Below, piece by piece: positions 57,601 to 64,000 of a DNA stretch of 64,000 bases. The notes under the pieces are model-generated. The model was not told where the DNA came from. It searched no databases and saw only the letters and a program-made list of their open reading frames with translations. A program made the translations under genes and the position numbers. How positions within the stretch are numbered: position 1 is the first letter of the stretch; every line of letters starts with the position of its first letter. Origin of the DNA: Microgenomates group bacterium Gr01-1014_5 (GTDB lineage: Bacteria; Patescibacteriota; Microgenomatia; UBA8517; UBA10165); assembly GCA_007376395.1 (NCBI GenBank), contig VMGE01000004.1, forward strand, positions 6,431 to 70,430, given 5' to 3'.

Positions 57601-57706
57601 ATTAGAAACTGGAGACTAGATACTAGAGGCTAGGTCCAGTAATTTATTATACCCTAAATTTAGTTTAGCTTCAAGACCGTTATTTAATGTCTAGCCTCAA
57701 AACTCT
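57601..57706. repeat. Inverted heptamer array, cassette-1 type
   Basis: ttagaaa ctggaga ctagata ctagagg ctag ... tctagcc tcaaaac tctac. Confidence 0.7.
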
Positions 57707-58673
57707 ACTTATGGTGTGCAAGGTGGTGTCCGTCTAGGCTCGGTCTAGCCGAGACTGATCCGCGTACTCTATGGGGAGAGTTAAGTAAACCTTTTTTGTA
57801 TTCGGCGATGATTATTCCCACCAAAATCAACAGAGAACTGGCAAGCAGGGTAAAATCAAATTTCTCTCCCAGCCAGATAATAGCCAAGGGAATAGACCAA
57901 ACTGCCGCCAAGTATCCAAAAGGATCTGCCTGAGAAGCATTAATTTTAGATACAGCAACTTCGTAAGCTGTGTAGGCAATAAGCGAGGAAAAAACAGCCA
58001 TGTAAATAATCGGAAGAATAACGGGTTTTGGAATCGAGTATAGGGAAAAACTTATATTTTGAGTAAAAAGGGTGATAAGAAAAAAACTAAGCAAACCCAC
58101 GAAGAAAGAGAAGGAAACAATATGAAAAGGTTTGAGGTCCGGATGTTCCCATTTTTTAGACAACAAGACAAATCCCACCCAGGCGAATCCTCCCAAGACT
58201 AACAATAAGTTACCCGAGAAGTTCGAAAACGCTCTTCCTTGTAAAAGAGGCTGGAAAATTGTAAGCGTACTACCCAAAAGTGCTAATCCTAATCCGAGCC
58301 GCATTCTCCGGCTTATTTTTTCGTGCAGAAAAAAGCTTGAGAAGACAACTACAAGCAGGGGAGTTAGACTCCCAATCAGGGTTGCTTCGATTACAGTCGT
58401 TTTAGAAAGTCCGATGAGCAGAAAACTTAAGTTAATCGTGGTGCATAATAAACCAAGAACAAATAGCTTCACATAGTCATGAGTTTTAAGAGGATGTTTT
58501 TTAAAATACCAAAACATTATTGGAAGGGTAACAATACAGGCTAGAAGAAAGCGCCAAAAAAGGAATTCAAAGGGAGAAATGTAGGCAAAGGAATATTTAA
58601 GGATTGGTCCGGCAAATCCCCAAATAATGGAGGTGATAAGTAATAAAAGATATGCAAAAAGACGAGTATTCAT
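57705..58673 (-). CDS. DMT/EamA family transporter
   Basis: IIWG, FLFWRF, FLHEKI, WLGEK; about 10 TMs. Confidence 0.9.
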   Translation of the reverse strand: MNTRLFAYLLLLITSIIWGFAGPILKYSFAYISPFEFLFWRFLLACIVTLPIMFWYFKKHPLKTHDYVKLFVLGLLCTTINLSFLLIGLSKTTVIEATLIGSLTPLLVVVFSSFFLHEKISRRMRLGLGLALLGSTLTIFQPLLQGRAFSNFSGNLLLVLGGFAWVGFVLLSKKWEHPDLKPFHIVSFSFFVGLLSFFLITLFTQNISFSLYSIPKPVILPIIYMAVFSSLIAYTAYEVAVSKINASQADPFGYLAAVWSIPLAIIWLGEKFDFTLLASSLLILVGIIIAEYKKGLLNSPHRVRGSVSARPSLDGHHLAHHK

Positions 58674-58711
58674 AGGGCAGATGTATGATATATCAATATA
58701 TCATACAAAAA

Positions 58712-59950
58712 TTAGAACGAGAGTTTCCTAACCAGCTCATCAATTTTAACTGTTTCTTGTTTGCCTGTTTGCATGTTTTTTAACTGTATAACACCTTGTT
58801 CGTTTTCTTCTGGACCGATGATTAAAACGAACGGGATGCTCTTTAGATCTGCGTATTTTAGTTGTTTTTCCATTTTTTCATTATCCGAGGGATAGACTTC
58901 TGTGTTTACACCCTTTTCTCTTAATCCACTCGCAATTTTAAGCGCTTCTTGAGCTAAGTTTTGGTTGAAAATTGTAACAAGAACTTTGGAAGCAGTTTTG
59001 GGAAGATTGGGCCAAAGATTTAATTCTTCAATAACATCACAAACCCGATCCAGGCCTATTGTGGTTCCTGTTGCCGGTAAATCCGGACCCCCAAGAGTTT
59101 TGAGTAGTCCGTCGTATCGGCCGCCGCCTGTCAGCGAGCCGATTTTGGGCTCTTCTACAACCGACTCAAAAATAGGTCCGGTGTAATAATCTAAACCGCG
59201 TGCCAGGGTCGGGTCAAAAACTAATGTATTTTGAATGCCCAAACTTCTTGCATATGCAAGAGTTGTGGTCAGAAAGTCATCGGGCTTTGCTTTAGAAATT
59301 GCCTCAAAAACGCTTTTAATTTGTTCTTTTGTTATGCCTTTGGTGTCTAGTTCAGCTTCAACTTCCACGCGGGTTTTTTTGTCCAACTTATCTATTGATC
59401 GGATAACTGTCAACCACCTAGGCTGTTCAACTCCTGCTTTTTCCATAATTGAAAAAAGAACTTGCCGGCTGTTAACTCTTATCTTGTAATTTGTGAATCC
59501 TAGAGCCGATAAGCAATCGTTTACAACAGCAATAATTTCGGCGTCAGCCATGGGAGAGGAAGAGCCTGCAATGTCGACGTCGCACTGATAGAACTCGCGG
59601 TAACGGCCTTTTTGTGTGTTTTCGGCGCGGTATGCAGGTTGGATTTGGTAGCGCTTAAATGGTTTTGGCAGGGCGGGATTATTGGCAATTGCCCGGGCAA
59701 AAGGGACTGTTAAGTCGTAGCGCAAGCCCACTTCCCGGTCGCCGGGATCACGGAAGAGATACATTAACTTTTCTGCCTCCTCGCCGTATTTTCCTGTTAA
59801 GACTTCGGCATATTCAAGAGCCGGAGTTTGCAGCTCGTCAAAACCGTATTTTTCAAAAACAGCACGCAAACGTCTAATGGCTTCATTTCTGATCACCATT
59901 TTCCCGGGTAAGAAGTCCCTAAATCCTTTAAGTGTTTGCAGTTTATCCAT
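58712..59950 (-). CDS. hisS: Histidine-tRNA ligase
   Basis: KGFRDF, LRYDLTVP, GRYREFYQCD, ARGLDYYTG, GGGRYD. Confidence 0.98.
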   Translation of the reverse strand: MDKLQTLKGFRDFLPGKMVIRNEAIRRLRAVFEKYGFDELQTPALEYAEVLTGKYGEEAEKLMYLFRDPGDREVGLRYDLTVPFARAIANNPALPKPFKRYQIQPAYRAENTQKGRYREFYQCDVDIAGSSSPMADAEIIAVVNDCLSALGFTNYKIRVNSRQVLFSIMEKAGVEQPRWLTVIRSIDKLDKKTRVEVEAELDTKGITKEQIKSVFEAISKAKPDDFLTTTLAYARSLGIQNTLVFDPTLARGLDYYTGPIFESVVEEPKIGSLTGGGRYDGLLKTLGGPDLPATGTTIGLDRVCDVIEELNLWPNLPKTASKVLVTIFNQNLAQEALKIASGLREKGVNTEVYPSDNEKMEKQLKYADLKSIPFVLIIGPEENEQGVIQLKNMQTGKQETVKIDELVRKLSF

Positions 59951-59982
59951 GTGATATTCCTTACTTTAGCATTTTTAACAAT

Positions 59983-60008
59983 AAAAAAACCAGCTGTTGG
60001 CTGGTTTT
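59983..60008 (-). terminator. Attenuator terminator upstream of hisS
   Basis: Minus strand AAAACCAGC-CAACA-GCTGGTTTTTTT. Confidence 0.8.
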
Positions 60009-60032
60009 AGGATACGAAATCTCAGCCAACTC

Positions 60033-60077
60033 TTACGCTGGTTGAAAATGATGAGCTTGTGACAAAATTCTTAACAC
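60033..60077 (-). CDS. Putative His leader peptide (M)LRILSQAHHFQPA
   Basis: GTG start shortly after TATAAT; tandem CAT CAT; alternative hairpins downstream. Confidence 0.65.
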   Translation of the reverse strand: MLRILSQAHHFQPA

Positions 60078-60099
60078 TGTATAGTAATTATACCATTTT

Positions 60100-60804
60100 A
60101 TGGTTAAATACGCAATTATTTTGGCAGGAGGCAAGGGAGAGCGTTTAAGGCCCCATACTGATGACAAGCCTAAACCGATGATTCCCTTAGCAGGCAGACC
60201 AGCAGTTGAAAACCAAGTACTTCAATTAATAAAAGCGGGTGTTAAAGAGATCGTTTTTGCCGTTTCTTACAAGAGAGAGGTGTTGATGAAACACTTTGGC
60301 GACGGTTCGCGCTGGGGGATTAAAATTAGTTATTCGGAAGAAAATGAACCTTTGGGGCGGGGTGGGGGAATTAAAAAAGCAATGAGTTTTCTGCCTGAAA
60401 CTTGGGATAATGTATATGCTACAAATGGCGACAATCTCTGGCGGGTGGATTTCGAAAAGTTTCAGGAAGTACACTGCAAAAACAAAGCAATAGTTACCAT
60501 GATGGTGACCAAGCTAAAAAGCCCTTATGGGATTGTGCATATTGACGATTTGGACCGGATCGAAGGGTTTGTTGAAAAGCCGCTTCTTCCTCACTGGCTT
60601 AACGCCGGAGTATATTTATTTAATCGCGAAATTTACGATCTTCTGCCCGATAAAGGAGACATGGAAGACAGTACTTTTCCCGAGCTTCCAAAAGAAAAAT
60701 TCCTAGCTTTCAAGTCAGAAGGGTATTGGAAAGGCTTTGATACGATAAAAGACCTAAACGAGGCTGAGACGGAAGCTTCCGAAATCTTTGCCGACCTTGT
60801 TTGA
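60100..60804 (+). CDS. Sugar-phosphate nucleotidyltransferase
   Basis: ILAGGKGERLRP.T..KPKPM, NGD, FVEKP, NAGVY. Confidence 0.92.
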   Translation: MVKYAIILAGGKGERLRPHTDDKPKPMIPLAGRPAVENQVLQLIKAGVKEIVFAVSYKREVLMKHFGDGSRWGIKISYSEENEPLGRGGGIKKAMSFLPETWDNVYATNGDNLWRVDFEKFQEVHCKNKAIVTMMVTKLKSPYGIVHIDDLDRIEGFVEKPLLPHWLNAGVYLFNREIYDLLPDKGDMEDSTFPELPKEKFLAFKSEGYWKGFDTIKDLNEAETEASEIFADLV

Positions 60805-60808
60805 ATTT

Positions 60809-60863
60809 TAGCTTCGTAAGGTCTCTCCCCTTCGAGGCTCAGGGTCTACGACTTGCGAAGCTA
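60809..60863. repeat. REP-like palindrome with nested second REP
   Basis: tagcttcgtaag gtctctc [cccttcgaggctcaggg] tctacga cttgcgaagcta. Confidence 0.75.
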
Positions 60864-60910
60864 GTTTTTGTGTTAAATCGAAAAAGCTAATAGCTATAAT
60901 AAACGCAACT

Positions 60911-61606
60911 ATGAGTTGGCATGAGCAAGAACCACAGTATCAAGAAGCCCCAGTATGTCTTCCTCATCACGATTTTTTCGAGTTTGACCCTAAAAATTGG
61001 ATGTTTATTGTTCGCAGCGCGACTTCAGGATTGCGTTTTGAAGCGTCTCCCGCAAGCGATCTCGTTCAGGATATTTGGGATTTAAAAGTCACGCAAACTA
61101 CACAAAAAGAGATTGAGAGCAATAATCCCATAACCCCAGAGCCGTTACTAATTATGCCCTTAACTGGAACTTTAATTATTTCTCAGTCTTTGAGGAAGTG
61201 GCTTAAAGATTCCGACCAAGAGCGAGTAGCTGAGGTATTTGAAAGTACGAGAAAAGTAATCGAGGCTGTTTGTTGTGAACTTATGAAAAGGCAGGGCATT
61301 TCTTTCTCAAGAAGGACTGCAGCTAGATTTATAAAAAACGATGGTACAAAAAAATATTCTGGAGGGACTTTTATTTTAAATACAGTTGGCAGTTGTGCAT
61401 GCTTAGGACCAAATCCATACCCGACTTTTATGGCTTATAGGGACTCTCCCGTATCTGTTTACGACGATTTGTCTTTGCCGGTTGAAATGGTATTGCACAA
61501 CGCAGACTATCCTTATCAGAGTTTGAGTTTATATGCAGGCGCGGGAACAATAGCTCATTTCGCCAGGGAAGATATGATTAAGGCTGGGATGTTGGAGACG
61601 GCTTAG
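60911..61606 (+). CDS. Hypothetical protein
   Basis: ORF after TATAAT. Confidence 0.6.
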   Translation: MSWHEQEPQYQEAPVCLPHHDFFEFDPKNWMFIVRSATSGLRFEASPASDLVQDIWDLKVTQTTQKEIESNNPITPEPLLIMPLTGTLIISQSLRKWLKDSDQERVAEVFESTRKVIEAVCCELMKRQGISFSRRTAARFIKNDGTKKYSGGTFILNTVGSCACLGPNPYPTFMAYRDSPVSVYDDLSLPVEMVLHNADYPYQSLSLYAGAGTIAHFAREDMIKAGMLETA

Positions 61607-62351
61607 GTGAAGGTTTGGCTGAGGCTTTTGGGCTTGGAGAAGGGCTTACGGTTGGGCGTGGCGTACCTTTAGAACCGGGAATTACTTGGACTAAAGTAGC
61701 AACAAGCGTTTTGTCTTTCTTTGCGTTCAGTGTTCCAACGGCTACAATTCTATCTCCTTCTTCAATCTCTTTAGCCTCAATTTTTCCGTCCAGCCTTTTA
61801 ACAATTTCAGTTTTAACTGACGTTTCAACTGTCCAGACCTCTGCCGTTTTAAGATGCTTAATGGTCAAAACACCTTTTTTATTTGTCTCAACCTTGCCGT
61901 AGACTACTTGCTTTTGCAAGAAAGGGGTTTCGTCAAAAGCTAAAACACGTTGGGCGCCTAAAATATCGTCTCCGTTTTTATATCCCAAGGCGGCAATAAA
62001 ATCACCGATAGCCAAGTCAACAAACTTAACTTCCGCCTGTTTACCTTTTATGGTTTTAATGTATTTAGTATCTTTGTTTGTGGCAACCAAGACGAACTTT
62101 CCATCATCGGTTTTTATAGCGGAGCTGGTTTTTATCTTTAGTGTTGAGTCTGTAACACTATCCAGAGTGCCGATTACAGCTTTTGGTTTTTTAATCAGAT
62201 TTTCTATAGTTTTGCGGACTTTGTCGCGTACCGCATCAGTTCCAGAAGGGGAAGACTCGTCTTGGGCAGAAACGGTTGGAATTAGGAATAAAGAAGCAAG
62301 AATTAAGGAAAAAGACACGAGCGAAACCTTAATTCGTAATTCGTAATTCAT
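61578..62351 (-). CDS. Secreted protein with tandem OB-like (DUF5666-like) domains
   Basis: DLAIGDFIAALG and EIEEGDRIVAVG repeats; Pro/Ser tail. Confidence 0.75.
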   Translation of the reverse strand: MNYELRIKVSLVSFSLILASLFLIPTVSAQDESSPSGTDAVRDKVRKTIENLIKKPKAVIGTLDSVTDSTLKIKTSSAIKTDDGKFVLVATNKDTKYIKTIKGKQAEVKFVDLAIGDFIAALGYKNGDDILGAQRVLAFDETPFLQKQVVYGKVETNKKGVLTIKHLKTAEVWTVETSVKTEIVKRLDGKIEAKEIEEGDRIVAVGTLNAKKDKTLVATLVQVIPGSKGTPRPTVSPSPSPKASAKPSPKPSPTSQP

Positions 62352-62779
62352 TATTCTGTTTCTCCCAATTCTGTTGTATAAACTACCACCAGTCTTTTTT
62401 GAGACTCGCTGCCGGAATCGTCAAAGCTAATAACTTTAATTTCATTCAGACCTACTTTAAGCTCAATTTCCTTTTCAAAACTTCCGTCTGCATCTGCCTC
62501 TAGGATGTACTCATCTATCCCTGTGGTAACAACGACCGTTGCCCGAGGGGTAGCAGCGCCTTTTATGAGTGTTGTGTCTTTTGTAACGACTAAATTATTT
62601 TCAGGTTGGGTAATTACGAGTTCGGAAAAATTATCAGGTTCCGGAGAAGCAAGCGGCGCCTCAGTTTGCAGAGCTCCAAGTTTCGGAGCAAGGGCTAAAT
62701 TTGCACGCCAAATCCCAAAGGCAACAGCAAGCCCTAACCCGACCCCAAGGATTATTGCAACAAGAACTTCCTTGCGCAT
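62351..62779 (-). CDS. Membrane-anchored Ig-like domain protein
   Basis: TM then VITQPE..ADGSFE..LKVGLNEI. Confidence 0.75.
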   Translation of the reverse strand: MRKEVLVAIILGVGLGLAVAFGIWRANLALAPKLGALQTEAPLASPEPDNFSELVITQPENNLVVTKDTTLIKGAATPRATVVVTTGIDEYILEADADGSFEKEIELKVGLNEIKVISFDDSGSESQKRLVVVYTTELGETE

Positions 62780-62847
62780 TCTTGTGCAATATAACTTATG
62801 ACTGATATCTTGTCAACCAAGTTGGCAAGTGATATATTGCAAATTAC

Positions 62848-63516
62848 ATGGAAATTCAATATCTCGGTCATTCCTCATTCCGCATAAAAGGTAAAACAGT
62901 AACCATTGTTACTGATCCTTACGATTCCGAAAAAGTAGGTTTTAAGTTTCCCAAACTTGAGGCAACAATTGTCACTATCTCACACGACCACTTTGATCAT
63001 AACCAAGCGCAATTGGTCGACCCTTCGGCAGGCTCAGGGCAAGCTCCGAAAGTTGTTTCAGGCCCGGGAGAGTATGAAATTGCCGGTGTTTCCATCTTTG
63101 GCACACATACTTATCACGACAACAAGAATGGGGAAGAAAGAGGTTCAAATACGGTCTATACAATAACTATTGACGGGGTTAACATTTGCCACTTGGGCGA
63201 TTTAGGACACAAGTTATCAGACGAACAGCTTGATTCGATAGGGAACGTTGACGTGTTGCTTGTTCCGGTTGGCGGGGTTGATACTATTGATCCATCAGAA
63301 GCAAGTCAGGTGATATCACAAATTGAACCAAAAATAATTATCCCCATGCACTACAAAGTACCAGGGTTGGCGATTTCTAAAAGAGATGATATGTCAGACG
63401 TCGAGGCATTTGTTAAGGAGATTGGCATAGAGCCAGTCAGAGACAATAAATTCGTAATTACTCCCGACAAAATGCTGGAAGAAGTACAGCTTGTCGTCTT
63501 GGAAAGACGATCTTAA
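62848..63516 (+). CDS. MBL-fold metallo-hydrolase
   Basis: YLGHSSF, SHDHFDH, HLGDLG, IPMHY. Confidence 0.92.
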   Translation: MEIQYLGHSSFRIKGKTVTIVTDPYDSEKVGFKFPKLEATIVTISHDHFDHNQAQLVDPSAGSGQAPKVVSGPGEYEIAGVSIFGTHTYHDNKNGEERGSNTVYTITIDGVNICHLGDLGHKLSDEQLDSIGNVDVLLVPVGGVDTIDPSEASQVISQIEPKIIIPMHYKVPGLAISKRDDMSDVEAFVKEIGIEPVRDNKFVITPDKMLEEVQLVVLERRS

Positions 63517-63588
63517 ATTTCTAATTTCTAATTACTCTAATTTCTAAAATTTAGGTCAATTAAAATAATTAGGTTAATTAGGTCAATT
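63517..63588. repeat. Inverted 7/9-mer array
   Basis: ttctaat ttctaat tactctaat ttctaaa ... ttaggtcaa ttaaaataa ttaggttaa ttaggtcaa. Confidence 0.8.
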
Positions 63589-63593
63589 TGCAT

Positions 63594-64000
63594 ATGGCAA
63601 ATATCCAAGTTAAAATTCCTCCTCACTCGTTTGACGCAGAAGCCTCAATTTTAGGCGCTCTTCTTTTGGATAAAAACGCAATAGTAAACGTGGCCGAGTT
63701 TTTACAGGCTGACCATTTTTACGACAACAGACACTCATTTATTTTTGAAGCGATGATTGAGCTTTATGAAGCCAGAGAGCCAATCGATGTTTTGACTGTT
63801 TCTGATAAATTAAAGAAAAAGAAAAAACTGGTTGAAGTAGGCGGAGTGACTTATTTAGCAGATCTGGTCAATAAAGTTCCGACGTCGGCACACGTTGAAC
63901 ATTACGGGAAGATTGTCAAAGATTCGGCGATTAAACGCTCTTTAATGCGGTCTGCCGCGAGGCTTGTTGAGCTTTCCATGGACGAGGGAACAGCGACAGA
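63594..64000 (+). CDS. dnaB: Replicative DNA helicase, 5' part (runs off window)
   Basis: IPPHSFDAEASILGALL, HFY, PIDVLTV, VGGVTYLADL..VPTSAH. Confidence 0.95.
   Translation, partial: MANIQVKIPPHSFDAEASILGALLLDKNAIVNVAEFLQADHFYDNRHSFIFEAMIELYEAREPIDVLTVSDKLKKKKKLVEVGGVTYLADLVNKVPTSAHVEHYGKIVKDSAIKRSLMRSAARLVELSMDEGTAT

Overview
Chromosomal segment of a Patescibacteria (CPR) bacterium, most likely Microgenomates. This is inferred from the short EF-Ts, RF1 lacking domain 1, archaeal-type ProRS, rpsB-tsf-frr without pyrH and CPR-typical hypothetical families; genetic code 11. A core backbone (rpsB, tsf, frr, rseP, proS, ybeY, dnaX, recR, cysS, ychF, rpsF-ssb-rpsR, prfA, rpmE, hisS, dnaB) is interleaved with single accessory genes and six scattered de novo purine genes. 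No rRNA, tRNA, CRISPR array or transposase was seen. The strongest novel signal is two Avd/23S-IVP-like four-helix-bundle genes, each bracketed by its own inverted arrays of degenerate 7-nt repeats. More than a dozen gene-less versions of the same architecture lie at operon junctions or in frame inside proteins, suggesting an uncharacterised repeat/four-helix-bundle cassette system. Other notable items: three successive ychF 5' ends with captured cargo between them; an ultrashort-Stem-I Pro T-box carrying a REP insertion; a His-His leader-peptide attenuator upstream of hisS; several REP-like palindrome families; and frameshifting lesions (csaA, ybaB, purN) that may be real decay or assembly error. 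All calls were made by eye; no searches or folding programs were run.
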